A DNA stretch of 64,000 bases from positions 75,068 through 139,067 of IMG/VR virus record IMGVR_UViG_3300037461_001096. One strand, given 5' to 3'. Numbering within the stretch: position 1 is the stretch's first letter; the number at the start of each line of letters is the position of its first letter. The position numbers and the translations under genes are program-made. The stretch comes from a virus. Below are positions 9,475 through 20,765 of the stretch, piece after piece. The notes under the pieces are model-generated. The model saw only the letters and a list, made by a program, of their open reading frames with translations. It was not told the origin of the DNA and ran no database searches.

Positions 9475-10101
9475 TCAGTTAAAGCTAAAATAAGCTGCGA
9501 AGCTTACACTTGATTTAAATCCATCATATAGCATGGAGTACCCGGTATATAAACCAAAATTTTTTGTTAAGTCCAAACCGGGACCAGCACCAACACTTCG
9601 AATTCCTGTGAATGCGGACAGGTTTAAGGTTCCTAAATGGAAGAAATCCCATGATAGACCGGCGTCTAAAGGATAAACAACACCATCATCCCCTTTAATT
9701 TTTTGAATTAGCTCTGGGGCAAGAACCCCAGCCTGTGCCCGAATCCGAAGTCTAAACATAGGTTCGGGAGGCTCTGGTCTGTACCAAACATGAGGATTCA
9801 GTGTAACCCTCATATCTCTGTCTATATGCTTACCTATTCTGATTTTTGCTCGCAACGGTGAATTGACGCCACCGTTCACATACACACGTCCGTTCCAATC
9901 TCTTGTTACAATGAGGGAGTCTTGAAATTCAATTACGGCAGGAGACTTATGGATGTCGTCAAGCTCGTCAACCATTTTCCTTAATATATCAACCTGCTCT
10001 TTAGTGAGACATTTTCCACTACATGGCTCTGGATTTTGTGCAAATGCATCAATTGATAAGGTCATCAGCACTGTGAGAATGATGTAGAAGATGGATTTCA
10101 T
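9475..10101 (-). CDS. Secreted protein with C-terminal amphipathic beta-strands (possible outer-membrane / spanin-like)
   Basis: Signal peptide ending AFA|QN, short helical segment, Gly/aromatic alternating strands, terminal YFSFN. Confidence 0.6.
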   Translation of the reverse strand: MKSIFYIILTVLMTLSIDAFAQNPEPCSGKCLTKEQVDILRKMVDELDDIHKSPAVIEFQDSLIVTRDWNGRVYVNGGVNSPLRAKIRIGKHIDRDMRVTLNPHVWYRPEPPEPMFRLRIRAQAGVLAPELIQKIKGDDGVVYPLDAGLSWDFFHLGTLNLSAFTGIRSVGAGPGLDLTKNFGLYTGYSMLYDGFKSSVSFAAYFSFN

Positions 10102-10580
10102 TGCAAAATGTCCTTTACTTTATCAATATTTACACCACTATCGTTGTTTTTTAATTGATATACGTCCGGTGTTACTTCGATAACCTCAGATATATCGGTA
10201 TTTTTAATCCCAGTTGGTAAAGGTAAAATTACTTCCGTTTTATCCGGCTTAATAACTGTTATTGTATCAGGGTTGCTGAAGATACCAGGCTTTTTGATTT
10301 CAGTGCTCACTGGAGATTGTATGTATCCCCTGTCATCAGACTGTCCAGGTTGGATTGGGTCTCCTTTATCATTGACCCGTCCAGGTGGTGGAATAACTCT
10401 CACGCCCGGAGACGGTTTCTTACCAAATAATTTGTCTAGTAAGCCTCCAATTTGAACGTCATGGCCGAGAAATTTCATTGCCACTGCAGCAATGATTATA
10501 AAAACCGCCGCAGCTGTGGCAAGCGGATATTTCACCATAAGTTCATACAGACGTTTAAAAAAATTTTTTAGGTATTTCAT
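10098..10580 (-). CDS. Single-pass membrane protein with Pro-rich soluble domain
   Basis: Basic N-terminus then hydrophobic LATAAAVFIIIAAVAM; ATGA overlap with the next gene. Confidence 0.7.
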   Translation of the reverse strand: MKYLKNFFKRLYELMVKYPLATAAAVFIIIAAVAMKFLGHDVQIGGLLDKLFGKKPSPGVRVIPPPGRVNDKGDPIQPGQSDDRGYIQSPVSTEIKKPGIFSNPDTITVIKPDKTEVILPLPTGIKNTDISEVIEVTPDVYQLKNNDSGVNIDKVKDILQ

Positions 10581-10590
10581 CTTAACAACC

Positions 10591-13500
10591 TCATAATGCT
10601 GTTGATGGGGTCTTCAGACATGCCTGATTTCTGACCATCAGATCCTCGTCTACATATTTATATGTTGCTGGAGTTGCATTAAGACCTGTTTCAGCTCCAT
10701 AAAGCATTCCTAAATAAGATCCAGAACCAGGAATGGGGCCCGGTGTTGTTGGATGTTCTGGGGTACCAGTCCCATCAGTAAGTGATATACCGATATACCC
10801 AAAATCATCAAGAATACTCCAAAAAGAACAGCAGTTTCTGTCAAGAAATACAGCAGGAATTAAATTTTCATATCCAGTTCCTGTCCCTGCTGGGAAAATG
10901 TGAATCTGCCTTTTTCCATTTGACGGAGACGTATCCGCAGAGAAATTTTTCTTCAAAAGATTATCGACAATGTTTACTGAACAGAAATGATTTGCAGACT
11001 TATAATAATAAATAATCCCTGGTTTAGTACAATATCCTATATTATTTGCTGATATAAGGCCGCTTCTCTTAAGGTAAACGGTGGTAAGGTGGATACCACC
11101 GTATTTACAGTATTCAATATTATTTCTGGATATCTCGAACCCACCGGCACCGTCTGTTTCTTCTAGAAGATCAACTTCTATTCCATTGTTAGTGTACTGT
11201 ATGGTACAATCTGTAATTTTGAAATTGGTGTTATACCACGGGGCGTCCCAATTTCCGTCAACATAACACATAAATCCAGACCCGTCGTCTGCTGTAGACC
11301 CATCATTGAGTTTGAAGTCAATAATTGATGAGTTTTTGACGTGAATGTCACTAGCATTAAGCCTAACATGACCAATAGAAGACCACCCAGAACCGGATTT
11401 AATCGCATTGCGTCCCTGTAATATCATATGATCAATAACCCCGCTCGGTTTATATGTAAGACCGTTCCCAGTCATTGATTCCTGCCCAAGATTAAAAATG
11501 TGCCATCTATACCTTGGTAGATATCTGGATGACCCAGCATGCCCAGAATAATCATGACAGTTAACATTTCTTACGTCAAGTATATGACAGTATAATAAAT
11601 ATACGTCTCCTTCGCATATAGGGTTTCCGCCGCTATAACTTGCGCTCAGTTGCAACAGTCCAGTCATTTCAAGTCCATCGATCTTGATATCATCAGCCAT
11701 GACGGCCATACTACCCCATGGTTTGATGCCCACCCAGCTCCCATTAGGGGTACCACTAACACCGCCCTCATATAAACCGGCGTGCATAGCCCATGCTACA
11801 TCATAAGTTGGAGTTCCGTGAACTGACAACCCGGATGGGCCTGTAAGGTCATACTTACAGTTTTTAACTGTAACGCTCCTAGCACCATAAGCAATGGTGA
11901 AGGCATTTGTGTGTCCAACAGTGGTAGGCGGTTGATGTGTGAATGTTGTATTTTCAAAAGTAAGTGAGTCTATGTACATGTATGCGCCAGTTGTATCAGC
12001 GTTAGTTCCGTTTGCAGTTGGAAGAAGATGAAGCAAAACATTCATCCCACCTGCTGGTGTGTGGCATGCCACCGAGCAATCAGAATATGATACTTTGTCA
12101 ATAATTAGTCCATTCCCAGCCCGAACATCGTTTCCATTAGGATCTAAGTCCAAAATGCCAGTATTTGCATTCAAATTATTTCCGGACATTGTTGCAGTTC
12201 CTAATTGGAACAGACATCTATTGAATAAAACCCCAGCCATATGATAAACGCCACTGATGCCTGACACTGCTTTAATGAAAAAAGTTTGGATGCCAGTATT
12301 AGAGAAAAATCCACAATCTTCAAATACCAATGGTACGGCAGCGTTTGCCACATCAAGAATTGATACAGTAGGACCTATAACGTTAACATTGTTGAGTTGG
12401 CATCTTTTTATGAGTACTTGAACATTATCAGAATTTGAAAATGTCGCTGGTGCACGAATACACAGTTGTTCTATGGTGCAGTTGTCCGCATGTAATAGGG
12501 CACCTGACGTTGTTTCAACACCGTAAAACCCACTATTTGCTGTGATGCTAAGGTTCTCAAGTCTGAGACGACCGCCGTTACCATCTCTAGTGAAGGTTAT
12601 GGTGTTACCAGTTGATGGTTTTTGAATGGTGCAAACGGCCCCGGTCACCTGTCGACCGGTTCCTATAACAGTCAAATCCATACCTGAAACCGAGATGGTG
12701 CTGGTTGCTGTGTACGTCCCAGGCTTTACATATATGACAGCGCCTTTTACGCTTTTTAATACGAGAAATGCTATGGCATCCTGTACCGCTGTCGTGCCGT
12801 TGAAATCCCCAAATGTAGTAGACCCATTACCACAAGTCACATAGGCTCTGGCGTTTAAACTGCGGAGGATTGAATACTCCCCATCTATTTCAAAGGCATC
12901 TTTATCTGCCACACGAGGGATGAAGTCACCATTCAATGCTGTAGCTGAGGTGAGTTGGAGACGCTCACCAGAACCGCTACCTATAATGTTTTCATCTGAA
13001 AACATCATAGTACCAGCACTAGACAGCCAACCGTTATTTGCTATCTGAAATGTTGGCCCGTTGTCTGAGTTATCGGATGACACTGAAATCAAATCACTAA
13101 AGTCAGACCAAGGCGTGTTGTCTATATTAGACTGAAAACCAAGTCTAAGGCTTCCATCCTCCCCATGGGAAATTAACGTTGCCGCCTTACCTGAAATATC
13201 TTTGTTCCATTTTGAAGTGGACGAATTCCACCAAGCATTCCATGTCGAAACATATTTTCCAACAGCAGTTGACGAGTCAGCATAGTTTCGAAGGGAATAC
13301 GTGTTCTTTGTAGAAGACGGTGGATCTGTAATTGGGATTCCGTCTGATTTAAATAGCAAAGTTTTAACAGATGTGGCACCCTGTATATACGGAATGTTTA
13401 ATCTAGACGAGGACGGGTTCTCAATTCCACTGCCGATATTCATCACTCCAGTGGATAAATGCGGCAAGAAACTTGGAAATACGGTTGGTGTGATGAGGCC

Positions 13501-15144
13501 GTGTTTATCTAATAGCACTGGTTTATTGGAATTTTCGATACCATTATATATGGTATCAATTTGAGACACTGTGTCTTGATTCATAAATTCTTGTAGAGTC
13601 GTCGACTCAGCGTTTGGTACATCACCGAATTCCAGAGACTCTGGAATCAACATAACGATTGGCATGCCATACGCCCCAACCGGCCATGCGGGGGGAACTA
13701 CCGGGTGTTCCTCAATTGGGGCATACTTGGTAGTGTCTGGAACTAATCCCATTTTTGCGCACGTACCCGCAACGACATCCTCAATTTTAACAAAGAAATT
13801 CTCCATTTCTTCTGAAGATGAGTCGCAGAACGGATTAAAGATCTTAATCTCGGTACTTCCACTGACACTGCAGGTATTAGCGCCAGTTACAGTGCCGATT
13901 TGCATACCAAGCTTTGCTAGAGTTGTTTTGTTGGAACCAGACCCAATTTGCACCAAAGCAGATGGGCCAGTGGTTGACGATTTAACTTGAATATAATTTG
14001 CACTACCAACTTGGTGTACATATGCAACAATGCTACCGAACGCGGCATTGATTATATCAACAACACTTTGAGTAGATGATTCATTTGCATGAGCGGAAAA
14101 CGTAATGGTATGACTGGTTGCGTCAACCTTCAAAACAATTGAATCGGAATCATTAAGTTGGTACGGCTCAGGCACTTTGGCCGTTATACGAGGCGACGCG
14201 TCAGATGTGTTGAAGGCTGTGTTAATCGCATTCACCACATCAGTAACAGAGTTAATCGTTCCAAATGTAGTTTCGAAAGACCTTTCAGCACCATCAGCCA
14301 ACCCGTGAGTTATACGTAACTTGTATGTTCCTAAAGCAGAGAAATCCCCACTGCTACTTATTAGAGCCGGCTGGGTTAGCCCAAATGCAAAAAATGACAG
14401 AGTGATCGATGTTCCATTTGAACTAAGTCTTCCATACACTGTTTGTCCACCAACAGTGTTAACATACGAACCATCTTCTGCATATAAACCTGTGCTGGTT
14501 TGTGTAAGCACAGTTTCGCCGTTGGCGTATCGGAGCGGGAAGTACCCACCTCTCCCATCAAGGGAAGAAGTAATTATTCCACGTTTCTTAGCAGCGACCC
14601 CATACGCCGTTTTAGTACTAGCACCAAATTCGAGTCTCGAAAGCGTATTTTCTGTGTACCCAACATCTGTAATGATTGCCCAGGCCCCAGATCCAACATC
14701 AGCAGATGTTGGACCGACACTTGAAATTTGTACACTCCCATTGTTATCCGATGCGGCAACCTGATTGGTATACGTTGGGTTCAAAGCTCTATTAATCGCG
14801 CCTGAAACCTTGGCCGCGGTTAAAGATAGATCGCCGTCTATTGTTACAAAATCACCTGTTATGAATGTAACGACAATCGGGTTCCCACCGTTCAAACTCC
14901 GCATTTTGACGGCAAACGAGTCGCCTGCGTTTATATTAATGAATGGGCCGGGACTGTCTCCAATTAAAACTGCTGGACAGTTTTCTTCGGCTCCACCAAC
15001 AACACCCGTAACTGATGCATTTTTAAAATTTGTAAAATCACTGCCACTCAGCACCATCGTTGTGTCGTTCGGCTGTGATGGAAGTTGGTACTTGACGTAG
15101 TTTGTCCGCGGTTCGTTTACCTGAAATCCTCGAAGCCTTGCCAT
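10591..15144 (-). CDS. Tailspike / tail fibre with C-terminal right-handed beta-helix (pectin-lyase-like)
   Basis: GDFNGTTAVQDAI...VIYVKPGTY beta-helix entry motif followed by Asn/Cys-ladder repeats (ISRNNIEYC, ISANNIGYC). Confidence 0.8.
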   Translation of the reverse strand: MARLRGFQVNEPRTNYVKYQLPSQPNDTTMVLSGSDFTNFKNASVTGVVGGAEENCPAVLIGDSPGPFININAGDSFAVKMRSLNGGNPIVVTFITGDFVTIDGDLSLTAAKVSGAINRALNPTYTNQVAASDNNGSVQISSVGPTSADVGSGAWAIITDVGYTENTLSRLEFGASTKTAYGVAAKKRGIITSSLDGRGGYFPLRYANGETVLTQTSTGLYAEDGSYVNTVGGQTVYGRLSSNGTSITLSFFAFGLTQPALISSSGDFSALGTYKLRITHGLADGAERSFETTFGTINSVTDVVNAINTAFNTSDASPRITAKVPEPYQLNDSDSIVLKVDATSHTITFSAHANESSTQSVVDIINAAFGSIVAYVHQVGSANYIQVKSSTTGPSALVQIGSGSNKTTLAKLGMQIGTVTGANTCSVSGSTEIKIFNPFCDSSSEEMENFFVKIEDVVAGTCAKMGLVPDTTKYAPIEEHPVVPPAWPVGAYGMPIVMLIPESLEFGDVPNAESTTLQEFMNQDTVSQIDTIYNGIENSNKPVLLDKHGLITPTVFPSFLPHLSTGVMNIGSGIENPSSSRLNIPYIQGATSVKTLLFKSDGIPITDPPSSTKNTYSLRNYADSSTAVGKYVSTWNAWWNSSTSKWNKDISGKAATLISHGEDGSLRLGFQSNIDNTPWSDFSDLISVSSDNSDNGPTFQIANNGWLSSAGTMMFSDENIIGSGSGERLQLTSATALNGDFIPRVADKDAFEIDGEYSILRSLNARAYVTCGNGSTTFGDFNGTTAVQDAIAFLVLKSVKGAVIYVKPGTYTATSTISVSGMDLTVIGTGRQVTGAVCTIQKPSTGNTITFTRDGNGGRLRLENLSITANSGFYGVETTSGALLHADNCTIEQLCIRAPATFSNSDNVQVLIKRCQLNNVNVIGPTVSILDVANAAVPLVFEDCGFFSNTGIQTFFIKAVSGISGVYHMAGVLFNRCLFQLGTATMSGNNLNANTGILDLDPNGNDVRAGNGLIIDKVSYSDCSVACHTPAGGMNVLLHLLPTANGTNADTTGAYMYIDSLTFENTTFTHQPPTTVGHTNAFTIAYGARSVTVKNCKYDLTGPSGLSVHGTPTYDVAWAMHAGLYEGGVSGTPNGSWVGIKPWGSMAVMADDIKIDGLEMTGLLQLSASYSGGNPICEGDVYLLYCHILDVRNVNCHDYSGHAGSSRYLPRYRWHIFNLGQESMTGNGLTYKPSGVIDHMILQGRNAIKSGSGWSSIGHVRLNASDIHVKNSSIIDFKLNDGSTADDGSGFMCYVDGNWDAPWYNTNFKITDCTIQYTNNGIEVDLLEETDGAGGFEISRNNIEYCKYGGIHLTTVYLKRSGLISANNIGYCTKPGIIYYYKSANHFCSVNIVDNLLKKNFSADTSPSNGKRQIHIFPAGTGTGYENLIPAVFLDRNCCSFWSILDDFGYIGISLTDGTGTPEHPTTPGPIPGSGSYLGMLYGAETGLNATPATYKYVDEDLMVRNQACLKTPSTAL

Positions 15145-15275
15145 TCGAAATCTCCAGCAGAAGATTGAACAAAAAGATTATCTGTCTCTTAGGTAACAAT
15201 CTCTGCAAACTGGCATACGTTGTAACAATTCAAGTATGTCAACACACTTTACGGAAAAACCTGACATAATTAGTC

Positions 15276-18200
15276 TTACTTAAGAGCGTAAAAAACCTCA
15301 AGAACATCTGATGTAATCAGAGAAGGAAAAGACGTTAAGTATGTGATATCTCGATTTAGAGGTGGTCCACCGACAGTATAATCAACGCCATACTGAAGTT
15401 TAGATCCATTCAGCCAAGCCTGCACGGTGGCCGGGTCTAGAGGTGACCCACTCAATGCATCTGGAAAAAGTGTTTGCCCATCTGACGAAATAGTGATCGT
15501 TTCTTGTCGGAATGAACCCAAGTTTGGATCACTCGATCCAAAGAATATTGGATCGTCCCACACATCATTAACAAACATAGGCTTTGCAGTGGGTACAATG
15601 TCCATGTCAACACCACTCCTGCGCTTCTCAAGCGGTCGTCCCCAAATCCGGAATCTATCAGCAGCTGTGTACCCCTCGTTTACACCGGATGCGGAATGGG
15701 AAACCTCTGTCCCCCTGAAATAGGAAGGGGACGCGTGTGTAACGATGAACATCTGCAGTTCATGTCCCGGGTGGACTTCACTGGAGTTCACAACTTCTGG
15801 TTGAGAACGTACGAGATACGCGACACCAGACATAACAGCGCCAACTTCAAAGTTGGGTTTTGCCTTAGTTAGTTTAGCAACGATCCCAGATCCGGCCCAT
15901 GGAGACGTAACTGAGTATGCGGCTCCTCCCCTTGTTGTCTTAAAATTATACACATCAGTCGTAGAGCCAGTCCCATCAACGCGAATCAAAGCTTCGCCAC
16001 CATTTCCAGTGATGTTTGACGCGTTCCCGCAAACAAACTCGGTCCCTTCCCATCGTGGAATGCCGGCAACTGATGGGTCTTGAGCAGATTGAAACGGCTG
16101 GAACGAAAGCGTTCCAAGGGGAATCAACGCGGCATTTGATGCAGACCTTGTTTGGTATAAAGTTTTTCCAATGAAATCCTTATCCCGGAAATAAATTCCA
16201 AGAGGAAGATTGCTAACACATCCAGCGAACTCTGGATGTAAATCTCGGTCGTACGCTTCAGACATGGCCCCACGTTTCACTGCTGGTCTTGACGCAACTG
16301 AGGCGGCAGTCACTGGGAATTTTGGTGTTGCCCAGTCTTCATATCCGACACGATTAAGTGAAAACCTTCGATCCAGGTCAACTAAAGTTCCGGCATAGTC
16401 AGGAACCCCGTTAGGATTACTAACTGTGCTGAGCATTGGGATAGGTGTTGACCCGGATAGACGGCCAGTCCCAAGAGATGTCACAAACGGTAGGGATGTT
16501 AGAATTTCAAAACCGGCTTTATTTTTTAGGGTTAACGTATTCGGAGGTCCAAGTGGATGGTTAAAAATTGCCTGCGCTTCTCCAACCGATAGAGGTCCAA
16601 TTCTTTGTAGATCATCAGAGTGTGACCCCTGGGTCCCGAAGACATCACCTTGATACGGCATCCTACTATAATATACTGTGACTTCGTTATTGACGTAATT
16701 CAACGACATTGGAGCAGGCACAATGACTCCAACGGTGTTATCGCTAGATGTCGTGAAATTATTGACATCGACACTGATTGATCCGCCACTTATCATTTTG
16801 CATATCAGTAAACGAGCGTTCGTCTGCAAGAATCCCCTGTCAAAAGCAAATAGCGTGCATTCAACAAGGAAGTTTGAGTTATCAAATGTCGTTCCTGCCG
16901 GAGCTTTACTAAAATCGAGGGCGTCTGCACTTAAAACAAAAGTTAAGTCCCCGTTTGCATCAACACTGAGTAGGACTGTGGCAGCGTCACAGTCATCACG
17001 GAGCAGGTTTATACTCGTCCCAACACCACCAACGTATATCCTATTGTTGTCGAATGGACTCGCCGGGGATGGTACAACTGGATCTGTAATTGGATCTCTC
17101 AGATATACCCCTGTTATCCTGGCTGGAGCCAAAAATGGTGGGAATTGTATGCCCTTAAATGATCCACCAGAAGCAGAGCTAACTGTTGAATTGATATACT
17201 TTTGACCAAAAATAGACATACTTCCACTAGCTTGTCCGTATGTCTCGGACGGTACAGGCGTAACAATATAAAATCCTGGAGCCCCTGACGGGTAACAGAC
17301 GAGATTCCTGTTCCAATCTGATGTATTTGTAGCGGCAAATGGACCTTCTTTCGACATAAGTAAGAAGTTAAGTCCAGATGGAAAAATGCCGTTAGTGACT
17401 GGAATAATTGGGATATGATGCAATCCTGGCCGTGGCATCCACTCCATCGGCAGTTCGACATACCTCGTGTCAGCATAGTTTGCCGTACCAGAAGCTCGTT
17501 GACTATAAAATAAACTCAGTGGATCAGTAACTGAATAAACAGTTGTTAGTCCATCCTGGCTGAGTTTTGGCATGGGTCCTTGAAACGACGGTGAAAGTTG
17601 CGTCCCATACCAATTCAATCGGTATCCACTACGAACAAGCAATTTTGGGGTAAGCATATTTCGATATGGGGCTACATACACAGTCTTAGACCCCGGATCG
17701 ATCATAACCTCAGAAGTTATAGCTAGTGTTCTATTACGCCCGGTCTGAACGAGCGGAGAATCCCCAAGATAAGTTGGGATCATCCTGTTCATTGTGGGTA
17801 GACCAGGTCTTGTCATAACCTTTGATGAATTACTCGGGCTTCCAAGCCAATTCACAGCATGGATATGCTTCGGCTTATGGGACAAACCCCTCCCAGCACC
17901 ATATACAACGGCAAACTGGATGTGTAAGACCGTCGCTATAGCCAAATCCGTAGATGGAGATGTGAATCCATACATCGCGTCATCAAATTCAGTTAACTTT
18001 GTGCTGTCTGTACCTGAATTGAACTTGATCACAAGATCCCCAGAAGAATTAATTGAAACATCAATACCCTGACCATGCTTCATTATATGATTGCCAATCA
18101 GATCATATTCAACTAGGCCGTTTAGCATTGTTGGGTAACTAACGGTTGGAGCTGTATCTGGGTTAATTATATCCGGACCTTGTACAGGTGGGGGACCTGG

Positions 18201-20012
18201 GTCAGTAATATTTAATAACATCCCACCGTTTGGATCTGTTGTCATTCCTTCAAAGCGGAGTAAAACAGCATCCGGGTCTTCGCTTGGCAAAACAAACCTG
18301 ACTTGGTCTGCATCTGTTAATGGAAGGCCGGCCTGAAAGTCGGATAGTTTGATAGTAATTTCATCTCCGTTCCACCACCAGTCAACTCCGCCTTGCTGCC
18401 TATTACCTCCACCAGGTGTTTTGGTAGCTGCTGTCCAGCTGACAGTTGTGTTATACGGAGTAACGCCAATGGATAGGAGGTCACCGACGGTGCCAGCGTC
18501 CGATGGGATTCTCGCAACCGCTGAATAACGTTCTGTTACGACCGCGTCAGAAAAAGCTCTTCGGTTCCCGTTTGGTGCATCAAGGCGAGACAGTCCACCA
18601 ACGAAAGTGGTTGAATCAGTAATTCTGTCTCCATACAAAACAATCGATCCAGAAGAATTTGTTGACCCATAACGCTTCCAAGTAGTACGCAGGTTTCCTT
18701 TCAAAAGCTCAACCAAATTGGTCTTAAGCAATGTCCCATAGTCATAACTATCCAAGACAACATGTCGCATGTCGAGGATGTCAGTTAACGCGACCTGATC
18801 AGCAAATAAGCCGTCCGGCCTTGTTGTAACAAGAGTCAATGAGGCCCCCATTTTGTGATCTCGAATCACAGTTTGAAGGGCTCCGCGACTAATGTTTACA
18901 ACATATGCAGTCGGACTTGTCTGAACAATGCTGTCAACCTTAATGACCTCATCATCGATCTTAAAATACGCCTCACCAAAGTTTGTCATAGTGGTGAGAA
19001 CTGTCCCAACAATGCTTGTCAGAGTGAACGAAAAATCGGTGGCGAGCAGATCTGATGGTAGAGATACGCCTGTTGTATAAATAGTCACCCCGTTTCTATC
19101 AGAAGCTTGGCTATTTCTATTGAAGGCTCCAGAAAGATTCCCAATGTCAGAAAACCCAGCGGAGTTTCGCCGGAATACCGTGCAAAGTGGAATTGCGTAC
19201 ACATATCCGTCTACAGTTCCAAATGTAGACGGATCCCCCGTCCCAGCCCTCCACAACCCTGGGTCTCCAAGAGTTTGGCGCATGTTCTGAAATGCTGTAG
19301 AACTTGGAGACGATAGCATGCCTTGGGCAAAAACAAGGGTTGGGTCAAATCCCTCCGGATTCTGCGCCATGTTAACATCTGCAACGACTCGAATCCTATA
19401 TTGGATTTGAACACGTCCAGTTGTCTCATAATTAAGATCTGGATCAACAATGCCGTCCGGCAAAAATGAGAAACCACCCTCAACGTTCCCAAAGCGCCAC
19501 ACATATCCGCGCTGGGGTTTGCCTGGAGCGACAGCCGAAGTAGGGTCTGAATCAATTCTAGCAAGCCATACCTCAAGAAACACAAATTCAGCGCGGTTAC
19601 CACCTGTAGATGTGTTCGGAGGATTAAGAGCAATTTTATTCCATGTATCAACATCATTTGGGACAAGGGGAGGGCTTCCAGTGCGTGTTCCAGCCACCGG
19701 GACCATCCACCCGTTTACGACTGCCCAAGCAAGATTTCTAATCTCAGTTGATGAATTTCGTCCGAAATAAAACTGATTTGAATATGAAGCATCAGTTTTG
19801 AAATCCCCATATGGATTTGATAAATCCGCTAACCAACCAGACGGATACCTCGACCTCATGGTTTCGGCCCGAGCCTCGAGGTCCATAAGAGAGATTAAAT
19901 TTAATTCAGCATCACAAGGTGGCTTTGTCTTTCGAAAGACAACGGTCGCAAACTGGCGATCCCTATCGTCAATATATCGTGAAACGCCTGGTCCAAGAGG
20001 ATTCGTCGGCAT
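15276..20012 (-). CDS. Large virion structural (fibre/baseplate-associated) protein, 1578 aa
   Basis: N-terminal region paralogous to 20762..23326; C-terminal WLNG..QYGVDYTV small beta domain; structural cluster context. Confidence 0.7.
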   Translation of the reverse strand: MPTNPLGPGVSRYIDDRDRQFATVVFRKTKPPCDAELNLISLMDLEARAETMRSRYPSGWLADLSNPYGDFKTDASYSNQFYFGRNSSTEIRNLAWAVVNGWMVPVAGTRTGSPPLVPNDVDTWNKIALNPPNTSTGGNRAEFVFLEVWLARIDSDPTSAVAPGKPQRGYVWRFGNVEGGFSFLPDGIVDPDLNYETTGRVQIQYRIRVVADVNMAQNPEGFDPTLVFAQGMLSSPSSTAFQNMRQTLGDPGLWRAGTGDPSTFGTVDGYVYAIPLCTVFRRNSAGFSDIGNLSGAFNRNSQASDRNGVTIYTTGVSLPSDLLATDFSFTLTSIVGTVLTTMTNFGEAYFKIDDEVIKVDSIVQTSPTAYVVNISRGALQTVIRDHKMGASLTLVTTRPDGLFADQVALTDILDMRHVVLDSYDYGTLLKTNLVELLKGNLRTTWKRYGSTNSSGSIVLYGDRITDSTTFVGGLSRLDAPNGNRRAFSDAVVTERYSAVARIPSDAGTVGDLLSIGVTPYNTTVSWTAATKTPGGGNRQQGGVDWWWNGDEITIKLSDFQAGLPLTDADQVRFVLPSEDPDAVLLRFEGMTTDPNGGMLLNITDPGPPPVQGPDIINPDTAPTVSYPTMLNGLVEYDLIGNHIMKHGQGIDVSINSSGDLVIKFNSGTDSTKLTEFDDAMYGFTSPSTDLAIATVLHIQFAVVYGAGRGLSHKPKHIHAVNWLGSPSNSSKVMTRPGLPTMNRMIPTYLGDSPLVQTGRNRTLAITSEVMIDPGSKTVYVAPYRNMLTPKLLVRSGYRLNWYGTQLSPSFQGPMPKLSQDGLTTVYSVTDPLSLFYSQRASGTANYADTRYVELPMEWMPRPGLHHIPIIPVTNGIFPSGLNFLLMSKEGPFAATNTSDWNRNLVCYPSGAPGFYIVTPVPSETYGQASGSMSIFGQKYINSTVSSASGGSFKGIQFPPFLAPARITGVYLRDPITDPVVPSPASPFDNNRIYVGGVGTSINLLRDDCDAATVLLSVDANGDLTFVLSADALDFSKAPAGTTFDNSNFLVECTLFAFDRGFLQTNARLLICKMISGGSISVDVNNFTTSSDNTVGVIVPAPMSLNYVNNEVTVYYSRMPYQGDVFGTQGSHSDDLQRIGPLSVGEAQAIFNHPLGPPNTLTLKNKAGFEILTSLPFVTSLGTGRLSGSTPIPMLSTVSNPNGVPDYAGTLVDLDRRFSLNRVGYEDWATPKFPVTAASVASRPAVKRGAMSEAYDRDLHPEFAGCVSNLPLGIYFRDKDFIGKTLYQTRSASNAALIPLGTLSFQPFQSAQDPSVAGIPRWEGTEFVCGNASNITGNGGEALIRVDGTGSTTDVYNFKTTRGGAAYSVTSPWAGSGIVAKLTKAKPNFEVGAVMSGVAYLVRSQPEVVNSSEVHPGHELQMFIVTHASPSYFRGTEVSHSASGVNEGYTAADRFRIWGRPLEKRRSGVDMDIVPTAKPMFVNDVWDDPIFFGSSDPNLGSFRQETITISSDGQTLFPDALSGSPLDPATVQAWLNGSKLQYGVDYTVGGPPLNRDITYLTSFPSLITSDVLEVFYALK

Positions 20013-20111
20013 TCGTACAGCTCCGTATTAGTCAAACGCAATAACCACCAAAAGGTCGCATAAGTGGCCTAGTTGAACCATACCCGAAAATTTAACAGCC
20101 AGACAGAAGGG

Positions 20112-20765
20112 TTATTCTCCCGTCTTAAACATCATCATCCAATCTGACAAGTAGACTGTGTATGAAGAACCGTTATAAAATCCAACAACGAAATCATCCG
20201 GTAACGCCAGTGTTCTAAGTTCATCCGGAACAACATCTTCGATGAGCACAAGAGCGTCGGTATACAAACTAACTTGAACATTTAACAGAGAAGGATCGAT
20301 AAAATTTTGTCCTCCTTCATCGAAATTATAAAATCTACAACTGTAATCAATGTTATTGTAGCTTGTTTCCTTAGAGCCATAAATAAACGTATTGAAGTGA
20401 AAAACGTATTTGGAAACATTAGAGACTGAATGAACTTGTGTGTATAATTCCCCTCCAGGACGGATTGATGTGGTCTTTGCAACCCCTCCACATGTGATCA
20501 AAGTCGAGTTAACAGTATCACAGTCACTTCCATCAATAAATTCTTCAGCAACCGGGGAGGTATCTATATATGGTTGATATAATAACTTGAGCGCTTCGAA
20601 TTTAGCGTTAATGAATTGATTAATGGTAGACCCATTCGGAAGAATAGATTCCGGAATGTCGATTGGACAGTCACATACAATAATGTCTGAAGGTATCGGA
20701 AAGACAAGCTTGGAATTTGCGACACGCCCGATGATTGTTCCATCTGATTTGGCCAGAAACTTCAT
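20112..20765 (-). CDS. Hypothetical virion protein
   Basis: 217-aa ORF coupled by ATGA overlap to the upstream structural gene. Confidence 0.7.
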   Translation of the reverse strand: MKFLAKSDGTIIGRVANSKLVFPIPSDIIVCDCPIDIPESILPNGSTINQFINAKFEALKLLYQPYIDTSPVAEEFIDGSDCDTVNSTLITCGGVAKTTSIRPGGELYTQVHSVSNVSKYVFHFNTFIYGSKETSYNNIDYSCRFYNFDEGGQNFIDPSLLNVQVSLYTDALVLIEDVVPDELRTLALPDDFVVGFYNGSSYTVYLSDWMMMFKTGE

